From the human T2T-CHM13v2.0 reference genome, Homo sapiens, in assembly GCF_009914755.1 (NCBI RefSeq), contig NC_060930.1: a stretch of DNA of 64,000 bases. One strand, 5' to 3'. The notes under the pieces are model-generated. The model worked only from the letters and a program-made list of their open reading frames with translations, had not been told where the DNA came from and did not search any database. Below, piece after piece: positions 35,519-49,574 of this stretch. Positions within the stretch are counted from its first letter, which is position 1. The number at the start of each line of letters is the position of its first letter. A program made the translations under genes and the position numbers.

Positions 35519-36398
35519 GATTTTTCGAAAGGAACCAACTCATGAAAATTTCATAGAAAGGAAATAGGAAATCAAGCGGAGGATGTAAAAATGTGGAGAA
35601 TCATAGAAGCAAACGTGTTAAGTGGGAACTTCCTAAAGCGTTTTTACTTTCTCTGGTTATGTATTCTACTTATCACCAAAATTGAGACTAACAAGCTTCT
35701 GTTTTCCTTAGCAGATCTCCTGAAGGATGGAACCAAAGGAGGCAGTGTTCAGCGAGTTCTTTCTGGAAGCTGCTCTGGGCACATTTACCTCTCTCCAACC
35801 CACCTCAAAGGACAGCGAATACTGGATCAATCCCGAAGGGTCTGGCAGCAACAAAAGGTGTTGACTACTCCAATGAAAGGGCTACTTAGCCCAAGCGCTG
35901 TACACACAGAGGTGTTTCTCCCCCAGCTCCTGCTGGCCAGCACCGATGCCAGGTCAGGCCCTTCAAACAAGCCCATTATATCCCCAGGAAAGAGGCGGGG
36001 CAGGCCCAGGTGGGAAAGGGCCCATGTTTAGACATCCACAATTCATCAAGCCAAAGGGAAAGCAAAGAAAATATTTAAACGACCGCTAAACCAGGGCAGC
36101 TGGGCCAGGAGACAAACAGCTGAGGTGAGCTGAGGGATCTGAGGGGCTTTCTACACCCCAAGAGCTGCTGGAAGATTAACTTTCCTTTCCTGTCTTCCCT
36201 CCTTCAGAGTCCTGCCTCACTAACTGGCTCTGAGAGACCTTCTAGAAGCAGTTGTGCTGATCATATTAGGTTTGTACAAACCTCAGAGCTTGTGTGCACT
36301 GCAGAAAGGCCAATGATCTGAAGGTGAAAAACAGATTTAGGCCATTTTTACAGCACAGCCAGCTTCCATGGCTTCTATTTTATCTTCCAGAATGAACG

Positions 36399-36531
36399 TT
36401 CTTTTTTTTAATTAGATACTGGGGTCTCACTATGTTGGCCAGACTGGTTTTGATCTCCCAGACTCAAGCAATCCTCCCACCTCAGCCTCCCAAAGTCCTG
36501 GAGTGACAGGTGTGAGTCACCGTGCCCAGAC
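36399..36531 (-). mobile_element. FLAM / Alu monomer
   Basis: Reverse left monomer. Confidence 0.88.
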
Positions 36532-36760
36532 ACATTCATATTTTAGTTTCTAAAGATCAGTGAACGTTTCAAATATCAAGATCCCTTTTAAGTCAAATAA
36601 TATCCTCAACAATCACATGATAATAATTGTATTTTAATTTCCTTGGGTGGAGAAAGCACATGGCCACAAAAGGCCACTGTCAATTATGTAATTCTTTTAT
36701 CATAAATATGTATGATTTCACAACAGTCTTTTCAGATATTTGAAAAACTTAGAAGAAGAC

Positions 36761-37055
36761 AGCCGGGCGCAGTGGCTCACGCCTGTAATCCCGGCACTCT
36801 GGGAGGCTGAGGCAGGCGGATCACAAGGTCAGGAGATCGAGACCATGGTGAAACCCCGTCTCTACTAAAAATACAAAAAAATAAAAATAGCCGGGTGCGG
36901 TGGCGGGCGCCTGTAGTCCCAGCTACTCAGGAGGCTGAGTCAGGAGAATGGCGTTAACCCGGGAGGCGGAGCTTGCAGTGAACCGAGATTGCGCCACTGC
37001 ACTCCAGCCTGGGCAACAGAGCAAGACTCCGTCTTGGAAAAAAGAAAAAGAAAAA
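36761..37055 (+). mobile_element. AluY/Sc-like
   Basis: CpG-rich dimer; TSD GAAAAACTTAGAAGAAGACA / GAAAAACTTGGTAGAAGACA. Confidence 0.96.
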
Positions 37056-37076
37056 CTTGGTAGAAGACATTATTCT

Positions 37077-37376
37077 GGCTGGGTGCGGTGGCTCACGCCT
37101 ATAATCCTAGCACTTTGGGAGGCTGAGGCAGGTGGATCACCTGATGTCAGGAGTTCGAGATCAGCCTGGCCAAGATGGTGAAACCCCATCTCTACTTAAA
37201 AATACAAAAATTGACTGGGCGTGGTGGTGCATGCCAGTAACCTCAGCTACTCAGGAGGCTGAGGCAGGAGAATTGCTGGAACCTGGGAGGCGGAGGTTGC
37301 CATGACACGAGATTACGCCACTGCACTCCAGCCTGGGCGACAGAGCAAGACTCCATCTCAAAAAAAAAAAAAAAAA
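37077..37376 (+). mobile_element. Alu SINE (AluS-like)
   Basis: Full dimer immediately downstream of the previous Alu. Confidence 0.96.
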
Positions 37377-37932
37377 GACATTTTTTTTTGCCATCTTCCA
37401 CCTTATGTCCCATCAATCATCAATGTCACCCTCTGTCCCCTTGTCCCTCTTTGAGGATTCAATCTCGGGTTATCCTAGGGCCAGGGCTCAGAAATCCCAA
37501 AATACATTGTCACAGCAGACAGAGGCTTGAGGAGGGGCTTAAGGGAGGGGAATATTGTCTCACCCACTAACAATCTCCACTTGCTGGCTCCCACCTCTCT
37601 TTCTAAAAGCAGAGACCAGAAGCACAGCAGACACCAGAGCTGGAAGGGCTGGAGGAGTCTGCCCAAATGCACATGGTTTCCCAATGCCCACACATGAGGC
37701 GACTGCTAAAAGTCCTCGGAGATGAGGTTTGGGTTTTCAATGTTATTTTCTCAAGAACAGAGTAACCAAGTGAAATCTGAGATTCTCCAGTTAGAAAACT
37801 AGGAATCACTTGTGATATTTGGGGGACAGCAGTTTGGAATCATCTACTGAAAAAACTAAAGCCTTGAGCTGGATGTTAGGCACCCTGGCAGGGTAAGAAA
37901 AGATAAAAAATCAATAAAAATTTAAAAGTTCT

Positions 37933-38230
37933 GGCCAGGCACAGTGGTTCACACCTGTAACCCCAGCACTTTGGAAGGCCAAGGCGGGCAGATCACTTGA
38001 GCTTAGGAGTTCGAGACCAGCCTGGCCAACACGGTGAAACCGTGTCTCTACTAACAATACAAAAATTAGCCAGGTGTGGTGGCATGTGCCTGTAATCCCA
38101 GCTCTCGAGAGGCTGAGGCATGAGAATCGTTTCAACCCTGGAGACAGAGGTTGCAGTCAGCCAAGATCGCACCACTGTACTCCAGGGTGGGTGACAGAGT
38201 GAGACTCCGTCTCAAAAAAAAAAAAAAAAA
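37933..38230 (+). mobile_element. Alu SINE
   Basis: Full dimer with poly-A. Confidence 0.96.
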
Positions 38231-39354
38231 CCAAGCAATCTTTTTTACATCCACTAAATCAAATGTCAGCTATTGAAATAAAGCAGTTGACAATTCAGGC
38301 TTTTGTGCAGTCTTAAGCAGGCAATCAATTAATATTTAAAGAATGAATGAGAAAGAAGTAGCCATGGCTACTGCCCAGATGACAACATGGGGATGCCCAA
38401 GTTTCTCCCCACAGTCTCTGTTCCTCCCTGCGTCGGGGACACCAGGGCCTGGGACAAATTTGATCTGGAGGTTGACGCGCGTCAGGGCCACGCCCACGCT
38501 CACTTCCCATCTTTCACCCAGGCAGATCCCAAAGCACTTGTCGAGCCACGCTGATGGATGGGCCTGGAATGGCCTTGTTTGCTGCCAGGGTGAGGCGCAG
38601 CAGCTGTTTAACAGCCCTGTGAGTGACCCTGGTCAGCACTTTCAAGGCAGGAAGCACAGAAGAATAGAGTCCACTTAAAGCTACCACAAAAGCGGTGGGA
38701 GGAGGGACTTCCTCCCCTTGTAAACAGGCCAGCAGGCTGGTCACTCTAATTACACATGTACAAATGAGGGAGAAGGGGGAAGGGAGGATGAATGGAAGCA
38801 AAACTGCTCTCAAGCAACCCTAGCGTGGCCCCTCGTTGCCCTCGAAGACAATTGAAACCTGCGACCCCGTGCACCTTGAACACAGGACACGGTAAGGTAA
38901 AGTCTCCACCCTGGGGCTTATGTGACAACATCCCAGCCTTTGCTGGTTTCCAGCTTTAGGAACCTTCAAGGATTCCTTTGGTCATCCTCAGAGGCCTCGG
39001 CAGAGCCTAAATCCTCTTCCTAATCCCTGCTGCTGGATGCCCTACTCAACTATACCCTCTGCTCCATGTCACTGTTGAAAGAAGAGGTGAAAAAAAAAGG
39101 AAGCCAAATTCAAATGGACTCTCACTGCCTCCTTTGACAGATCTGACATTTGTTTAAACAGGGCTAGGATGGGAGGGTCCTGTGCAGAAATGCAGCTTCT
39201 GGTGCACATATTCTACTTCTCCCATTCATCTGCTCCTTAGGGCACTCGTGACCCTGGTGCCTTTTCTCAGTCGGTTTAGTGAAATCATGTAAGATACTGG
39301 CCTATCACGTGCTGTGGTTTCTGAAGCAAGTCCACATTTTGCAAGACCGGAAGC

Positions 39355-39486
39355 ATCTACAGTTTTTAAAATGCGAAGCGTTTACAAAATTATAAGTACA
39401 GATTAGTTGTGAGAACTTGAAAGGGGTCCATACAAGTGAAGGGTCCCAAAGCGTGTTTCATTAGCTTCTTGGTAAATCTGCTGCTG
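39355..39486. mobile_element. hAT-Tip100 relic (Arthur1/MER69-like)
   Basis: GGGGTCCATACAAGTGAAGGGTCCC...TTCATTAGCTTCTTGGTAAATCTGCTGCTG resembles the Arthur1 terminus. Confidence 0.55.
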
Positions 39487-39974
39487 AGCATAAGGATGTG
39501 CATGAACGCCCCTTCTCCTTGAGTTTCGGCTTTCTGACAAAGGCCAAGCAAACTGACCCAAATCCAAAGTGTGTTCTAGGGAACCACTCACACCGTAAAT
39601 GAGTCAGGAGGAACCGCCCTCTGAGTATGTTTCTTCTTTATTTTGCTTCCTCCCTTCCACCTAAATGCTGCAGATATTTATTGAGTCTGAGCCGGGGACT
39701 GCAGGAAGCTATTGGGTCTGTGTTGCCTGGTTTGCAAATGAGTGCAGCCCTGCTAATGAGCTCCTGGCCGGAGCAGGCAGCCTACTCCTGAGTCACTCCC
39801 CCTGGCAGGCACTGGACCAGCCTGCATCCCATGCCCACTGAATGCACGCACCAAATTACAAAAGAAAAGTAACAGCAGCAGTCATCTGCCCTTTCCTTTA
39901 TATGAGAGCTAAAACTCCTGACTGAGGGGCCCTGGAACTTCTCGACCCTTAGCCACACCACAGCATACTGGGGT

Positions 39975-40140
39975 AATTCAGGGAAAAGAGCATGGGCTTA
40001 GGCCCAAAGATTTACGTGCTCAGCGTTGGTACTAACTGTGTGATGTGAGCAAGTCAGGAGGTCGTTCTGGGCCTGGATTCCTTCACCTGTGAAATGGAGC
40101 TGCAGAACTGAGCATCTCTGAGATTTGCTGTAGCCTGTGA
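39975..40140 (+). mobile_element. MIR relic
   Basis: AAAGAGCATGGGCTT...TACTAACTGTGTGATGTGAGCAAGTC...CTTCACCTGTGAAATGG. Confidence 0.65.
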
Positions 40141-41155
40141 ATTCACGAGATTCCCATCTTGGGACTGGCCCTATTTATCTGAGCCATCACATTCCTTATA
40201 CAGTTGCCAAGGCCTGTGCCTCACCAGAGCCAGCCTCCCTGGCTCCCACTGCCCGATCACCCTTCTTGCCCCAAACAAGACCCCTAGCTGATCAAGTTGC
40301 AGACAACTTTGTAACGAAATGGAAAAACAGGTGTTAGTCCACCAATTTTTGAAAGGGCATATTGAGACATGCCAGAGAGGCAAGGATTAAAGAATAGGAA
40401 AGGAAGAAAAAAACCAAGAACACAACTTTTTTGAGGAACTTGTCTTAGTATAGCCATGATGGCAATGTACAAAAAAATAGGAACACAAACGATTCAACAC
40501 ACAAAGAGGTCAGTGCCATGGCTGAGAGGAGGTATCCCCAGACCTGCTCGAGGGGGGCTTACATCTACCCAGCCAGAGGGGCAGGCTCCTGAGAGGCCAG
40601 GCCAGCAAGGAAAGATGCCCAGGGCCCATACCCAGCTCCTCTCTTCTTTCCAAAAATACACCACGCTCAGGTTGTTCCCAAAGCTCCAGGACAAGTCTCC
40701 AATTGCCTCCGATTCATACCTGTACTTAACCTCTGCCTCTTAAATCACAAAGGGAAGAAGGTAAGTTCCTGTTCATTTTTGCTCTAAGACTCTGAAGTTC
40801 ATCTCCCCCAGCCTTAGTCCCTTTGTATCTCTTGGTCTCCTTTCCCCTCTTCCCCTCTATACCTGAATGGCTCCTTCTGCTTTATGACCCCAGTAGGATT
40901 GCGACCTTCCTTTCCCACAGCCAGGGACATGTAAAACTATCCCTGTCCCCCCCTCTCCTCTTCCATATTCTTCAATGCTTTTGGCTCTGTTCTCAGGCTC
41001 ACTCCAGCTCTCCCTCTCTTCACCCCACCCACCCGTCTTAATGCAATTCCTTGCAGAGGATGCTTCTCGAGGTGTTTAATAAACAGCATAGGTCATGACC
41101 TTGTCCTGAGGCCCCTTGTGACTGAGGTTTGTACAAATCTGATTTCATGGGCTGG

Positions 41156-41241
41156 TATTAAGTTGAGCCATACAAAATTGCCCTTATTCAACCATGTTGA
41201 CGTCCAAAAAGAATGACAGTTTCGTAAGCCTCAATCTAATA
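41156..41241. mobile_element. MADE2-like mariner MITE
   Basis: TATTAAGTTGAGCCATACAAAATTGCC...CAGTTTCGTAAGCCTCAATCTAATA; imperfect terminal inverted repeats with TA ends. Confidence 0.8.
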
Positions 41242-41371
41242 AAAGAGCCTGGTATTCAAATATTAAAAACATATTATCTGACTTCCCACCTGCTCTCTTC
41301 CTAAATAGTACATATAAATTCAGAGTTGGGGGTGGGGGAAGAGAGCAGTGTGTTTTATTTTCTGTAAAATG

Positions 41372-41595
41372 CAGTGTTTTTCAATTGCGGGCAATTTTGC
41401 CCCACCAGGGGATGTTTGGCAATGTCTGGAGATATTTTTGGTTGTAGCAGTGGAATGGAAGTGCTACCAGCATACAGGGGATAGAGGCCAGGAATGCTGC
41501 TAAACATCCTACAACGCACAGGACAGCCCCCACCGCCACCACCATGAATTCTGTATCCCAAATGTCAATAGCACCGCTGAGGTTGAGAAATCCTG
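41372..41595. mobile_element. MER20 hAT-Charlie MITE
   Basis: TTTGGCAATGTCTGGAGATATTTTTGGTTGT...GAGGCCAGGAATGCTGCTAAACATCCTACAA...GAGGTTGAGAAA. Confidence 0.92.
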
Positions 41596-43550
41596 GTGTC
41601 CAGCGCTACTGGGGACACAGAGCCTTAGCTGTACATTGAGTACCGCTACTTTGAAAACAGAGCTCCAGAACACATCAGGGAGGGCAGTGTGTTAGCCTCT
41701 GTCCTGAGGCAGGTCAGCACACCAGCTTCCCGCCCCCCAGGCCCACCTCTGGTCTAGAAACCTCCCCCCACACACCCCAGACCAGCCAATTCTCAAAAGG
41801 TTCTTCCTCCAGTTCTGCTCAGGAGCCTGACGTGATGGGCATTTTCTCAGTATCCCAAACCCCTGCCCAAATCCCTGAGTTAAGAACTGGGCTCCATTCC
41901 TGAAGCTCCCTGCAAGGGAAGGAAGGACACTCAACCGGTTCTTGCCACCCGACAGCATGCAAAGCTCTCCACAGGCTGTGATAGTCAGGCTCTAAAGACC
42001 AAAGCCCGCCCCTCCCAACCAGAAGAGAAAGCTCCCTCTGGCCAGCTGTGGTGGGCTCACGTTGCTTCCTGGAAGGGATTGAATGTCACTGCCCGTGATG
42101 GAACAGGGAGTTTCAGAGGCTCTGCAGCACAGTATCACTTACCCACCCCAGCTGCTGCCACTGCTCCCCACTAGGCAAAGAGCTCATCCAAAGAGCATGA
42201 GCAAACACAGTTCATGTTCGCTGAACACGAGCTATATTTGCCCTTAATATGCAACTGCCTTAGCTCTTTCCAGCTCTTTCTGTTGGCAGAAAGTCTGTAT
42301 AAGGCTGAGGCACACTCACATTATTTGTGAACTTGAACCCAAAACACAGCCACAAAAATCACCCACTCAAAGCAATGGAAGGAATGTTGGGAATCATCTA
42401 AACAAGCCCAAATTGGAATTTCCAAAAATAACAGCATCAGAATATTTTGCTTCAAAAGATTCCTAATGAAAGAGACTCCTTGAACTCCTTGGAAAACCCT
42501 CCTTGGCATCACACAATCCTCAGAGGCAAAGACGTCTCCCTGCTGTCCCACCCTCTCCTGATCCAGCTGCAACTCAACACTTAGCAATAAAACAAGGGGG
42601 CGAAGGGGTGTGTTTCTGAAAATAAAACAGGAGACATATGATCCTGTTCCAATACTTAGTCTGTTCTCTGCTTTTCGGAACTTAAAACCTGCCTGCCGTC
42701 CACCAAATGACACAGAGTGCTGGCAGATGGAGAAGAGAGAGAAGGCTAAATGTATTTTAATAGGACCATTAGGATTATGTCAAAAGGTGAGAAAAAAGCA
42801 CTTGCCAGCCAAGAAAATAAGCACTGGTCTCAAAGAAATATAGTGTGTTCCATCTCTCCCCCATTCACTCCCTCTTTGCTTTCTTATGAGAATCTAATTC
42901 AATAGGAGAGTCACTAGTCATGTGTAGCAGGCAAATGCATATTTTCTTAAGTCAAGCAATGTGGGCAGAAATATACGAAGGCAGAAAAAGAGTAGCACAC
43001 TGGTATTGGGTAAGCCAAATGGGATCGGTCCAACTCTCAGACTAAAGCAGATTACAGAGTTATGACCTTACTCTTGACAAACAAACCAGTCATCCATATC
43101 TTCAACGCTAGTGTTAATAAAGAATCTCTTCTCTATGCTTCATAATACTGCCTATTAAGCCTTGGAAGTACACATAAAAGTTCAGAGCAGAACAGAGATT
43201 TTCATCTGAACCAGAAAATGTTCGATTTCTGGTTACTTTCTCAGACCTAACTCAACACCATTGAAGGGTAGACAGGACTTCAGTTCGCTCCTGATTTTAG
43301 CAGATACCAGTGATTTAGTTCTCTATCCCAGGTAAGAAGCAGTTCCCCTGATCTTTGGCTTCTATTTGGTCTTCCTGGTGATAACAGTGAAAATAACCTA
43401 CATTAGAATGGCTTTTTACCGTTCACCAGGCAATTTAACACACATCTCATGAGCTCCTCAAGGTAAGAAGAAAACCTGATATTTAAGTACGCTTACTATT
43501 CCCATTTCACAGATAAGGAAATTTCCCAAGAAATCGATGGGGAGAACCTA

Positions 43551-43959
<409 letters not shown>

Positions 43960-44062
43960 CATAGGCATCTGCCTCTGCCCAACAACATTCTTCAGTTCCA
44001 TAAATCTTACATTGCCTGGGTAGTGATTTGCTCTAAAATACTTCATTATTAACAATGTGATA

Positions 44063-44064
<2 letters not shown>

Positions 44065-44094
<30 letters not shown>
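44065..44094. repeat. (TG)15 microsatellite
   Basis: Perfect dinucleotide run. Confidence 0.97.
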
Positions 44095-44097
<3 letters not shown>

Positions 44098-44196
44098 TAT
44101 AATCTGTGCCCTAGAGATAGTTAGCATTTGATCTTTACCAATCACAGATACCCCAAAGGTGCTACAAGAGTGCATTAAAAAAAAACCCAATGAAGA

Positions 44197-44501
<305 letters not shown>

Positions 44502-44859
44502 TCATTATTAGCATTAAAGATGACACTTTGTTCTTCCTTTGTGAAGTGGTTACAGTGCAACATATGGTTGAGAGAAAAATTGCTCAGGTACTACCACCCC
44601 ATATGAATAAGGCATATGAATCCTGTAAGTCTTAATCTCAAAATTTTAAAAACAACATAGTGGGCCTTCAACCCTGCTGAGGCCTATGCCACCCTATTCA
44701 CAGGGAACATTGTCACCTGATTCCAAGACAGGGCAACAATGTCACTTCAGAATGAACCTATGATGCAATGTACTTGTCCCTGTGCCAAAGGACAAAGAGT
44801 GCCACATCACCAACCTACAGGAACCTGTACATCAATGTTTGGTCTAAGACTTGGCTTTC

Positions 44860-45221
<362 letters not shown>

Positions 45222-45477
45222 TTAATTGCCAGAGGCTGCCAACATTGACCAGATGAATCTGACAATTGCTAAAATGCCATAGTGATCAGTTTACAACCAA
45301 TATTAGGGACCTCCTGTGCACTCACAATGGCCTCGGCTCCGTGCAAGATGCAGAGATGGGCTAAACAGGACACAACACCGTAAGGCCTGGCAACCCAGGA
45401 GAGGAGTTAAGACAGTAAGCCCAGAGGTTAAGCACAGGAACTCCACACCCCAATTGGAAGTGCAAAAACAAATGTTA

Positions 45478-45845
<368 letters not shown>

Positions 45846-45899
45846 TCACCTGAACACTCCGGCAAACTAGAGAAAGAGTGGGCGTGGCCTGCAAAGGAG

Positions 45900-46197
45900 A
45901 GGTGGCGCAGGTCTGTAATCTTAGAGCTTTGGGAGGCTGAGGCAGGAGGATTGCTTGAGGCCAGGAGTTCAAGACCAGCTTGGGCAACATAGAGAGAACC
46001 ACATCTCTACAAAAAATAAGAAATTAGCCAGGCATTGTGGGGCACACCTGTGGTCCCAGCTACTTGGGAGGCTGAGGTAGAAGGATCCCTTGAGCCCAGG
46101 AGGTCAAGGCGCAGTGAGCTATGATCCCACCACTGCACTCCAGCCTGGGTGGCAGAGGGAGACCCTATCTAAAAAACAACAACAACAACAACAAAAA
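45900..46197 (+). mobile_element. AluJ-like
   Basis: GGAGGATTGCTTGAGGCCAGG, GGAGGTCAAGGC; (CAA)n tail. Confidence 0.94.
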
Positions 46198-46334
46198 CTG
46201 GAAATCTCCCAGCAGCAGAAGGTGGTGGTGAAGAAGATAAGAACAAAAGAGAAGAAACTGACATGAAATCTTCTCAAAAAAGGATGGGTTAATGGGCAAG
46301 AGGATACTAGAATTGGGAAAAATCAGGAAAAATG

Positions 46335-46830
46335 GTCATCCACATACCACCTTCAAAATGTGTGCCACATCCAATTCTACCTGCCACTTTCATCTTTAAA
46401 TCAATTCACATTTTATATTTAAATATTCTGATGTTAAGTACAAATTTTGAACACTAATGGGGAAGGGAAAACCAATGTCACTTGCCATAAACACAAGGCA
46501 GCCAGAAAAATAAACATAATGGAGAAAATGTTCTAGATTCCAGCAAGCTCCTGAAAGCTGAGAGCCTGGGAATTGCTCCCTCTTTACTTACCAGAAGAAC
46601 GATGATGAGGAAGAAGAAGAGAAAGCCGATAGAAAAGGAGAAGAAGAATTGGTGTCAGAGAAGTGTTCAAGACATTTTAGGACTAAGCTGAGGCTCTCTG
46701 ATCTAATCAGTGGGCATAAAAGGGAATTGAAAGATACTGCCTTCTTGCTGTGCTATTTAGTATATTATTTAATTTCCTGGTGTGACCTCTTGCAGTCACC
46801 TCCGACTCCCATGTTAAGGGGTCCCTAGTT
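46335..46830. mobile_element. hAT-Charlie relic (Charlie4-like)
   Basis: GGAAAACCAATGTCACTTGCCATAAA...GCTGAGAGCCTG...GTGTTCAAGACAT resembles a recalled consensus. Confidence 0.45.
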
Positions 46831-47023
46831 TCCCTCCAAGCTGGATGCTATCAAACAGAAGACCCTAAGCTGTCTTCCCAGGACAGGTAATCCACCCCAA
46901 GCACTTGGAAAAGAAAGGTACATCCTCTTCCACAATAACCACTGCACAGATTCATTTTCTTGTAAAATGCAAGGGCCATTTAGAAATAATGACGTGTATT
47001 CTTTGAAATAAGTACCAGATCAA

Positions 47024-47328
47024 CTTTTGTCTTTTGTTTTTTGTTTTGAGACGGAGTCTCGCTCTGTTGCCCAGGCTGGAGAGCCATCATGGGATCTCGG
47101 CTTACCGCAAGCTCCGCCTCCCGGGTTCACGCTATTCTCCTGCCTCAGCCTCCCGAGTAGCTGGGACTACAGGCACTCACCACCTCGCCCGGCTAATTTT
47201 TTGTATTTTTAGTAGAGACGGGGTTTCACCGTGTTAGCCAGGATAGTCTTGATCTCCTGACCTCGTGATCCACCTGCCTCGGCCTCCCAAAGTGCTGGGA
47301 TTACAGGCGTGAGCCACCGCGCCCAGCC
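47024..47328 (-). mobile_element. AluY-like
   Basis: Reverse dimer; TSD AGTACCAGATCAACTTTT / AGTACCAGGTCAACTTTT. Confidence 0.97.
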
Positions 47329-48053
47329 AGTACCAGGTCAACTTTTAACCCCAGAAATCTCCCTTTAAGATGATCTCCAACCCTTTGCAGCTGTAAAATC
47401 CTTTAATAATACATCAACTGATTGCGTATCAATTGGATCAGGATAGGAGAAAGCCCTGTTGAAGTCCCATTCTTCAAAATATCTGAAAGCAGGCAGTAGG
47501 AGTTGACACTGGCAGGCAGTTGAGCAGGACAAAACCATAAGGAAAAGTCAGCAGAAGAGGATGAAAGTTTACCTTCTGGGAATGGCCAGGGGAGGAACCC
47601 ATAGCAGATCAGATATAAGATTCAAATCACAGCCTCCCGGAGGTAGCCAAGTGGCCCCAACCCTGGAAACTTAGCACTTGGCTTTAAAGACTTATAATTC
47701 CCTGGTGCCAATACCAGATAAGAAAAAGGCTGATTGGCCCCTGGTTGGCCCAGTGAGTGGGTTAGAAGAGACACACCTAGAACCACAAAGTTAGGTGTGG
47801 CTGACGAATTACTAATACATTGAATAGGCATACAACTGGGCCCCACACCCCATCTTAAATCAACAATGCAAGACCTGCACACAGAGACTCAACCCCTCCC
47901 TCCAAAATGCCCTTTCCTCTCCTCCAAAACCCCATCACCCACTCTACAGATCTCAGCTGAAGCCCTGAGTGACTAATACACAGATTGGTTAGGACCACTT
48001 GCATTTAAATGCTGTCACTCAGAGTAAGATATTCTGTTATTTACTCACCAAAT

Positions 48054-48542
<489 letters not shown>

Positions 48543-48673
48543 TGACTAGTGCCCTATAAACTAAGCTGATAAAAGACAGATTCATGAGAGAAAAACCAAC
48601 AGGAGTTTGTAAACCTGTGCATCTTCCTTACATATGAGAGCACCCAGTGAGGAGCAACTCACAGGGGTGGTTA

Positions 48674-49006
<333 letters not shown>

Positions 49007-49247
49007 TTACTGGAGGAAGGGTTGGGGAGAGAGGGCACTAATGGAAAAGCAAATGACTTTTGGAAGGAGAAATGGGCTCCTAGGAGAATGGATGAGAGAT
49101 TTGAGAGTTTGATGACAATATCTGTTTGGGTGTGGTGCTGAGTTCTAGACTCTGAGAAGAGATTACTGAGTTGCTCTTGGGAGGGGATTTATGACAATTG
49201 AGTTTTTTTGAGAGGCTCTGCCTTTTGGAAGATAAAAGATTTTGGGG

Positions 49248-49378
49248 GGACTGAGCACGGTGGCTCACACCTGTAATCTCAGCACTTCAGGAGGCTGAGG
49301 CAGGAGGATCATTTGAGGCCAGAAATTCAAGAGTAGCCTAGGCAATATAGCAAGCCCCCATCTGTTAAAAGAAAAACT
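49248..49378 (+). mobile_element. FLAM / Alu left monomer
   Basis: Single arm with short A tail. Confidence 0.88.
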
Positions 49379-49415
49379 AGAAGACGAAGAATTTATCTTA
49401 AATGTTTTAAAAGAC

Positions 49416-49574
49416 TTTTTATTTCTTTTCTTTCTTTTCGTTTTTTTTTTTTTTAATAGAGACAAGGTCTTGCTATGCTGCCCAGGGTGGTCTCAAACTC
49501 CCGTCCTCAAGTGATCTTCCCGCCTCAGCCTCTCAAAGTGCTGGGATTACAGGTGTGAGCCACCATGCCCAGCC
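49416..49574 (-). mobile_element. FLAM / Alu left monomer
   Basis: Reverse single arm with T tail. Confidence 0.9.

Noticed and set aside
35591-36031. 146-aa ATG ORF in unique sequence
   Set aside because: No recognisable homology, and its 5' part spans what looks like a branch point and pyrimidine tract. Kept only as context for the LTR12 hypothesis.
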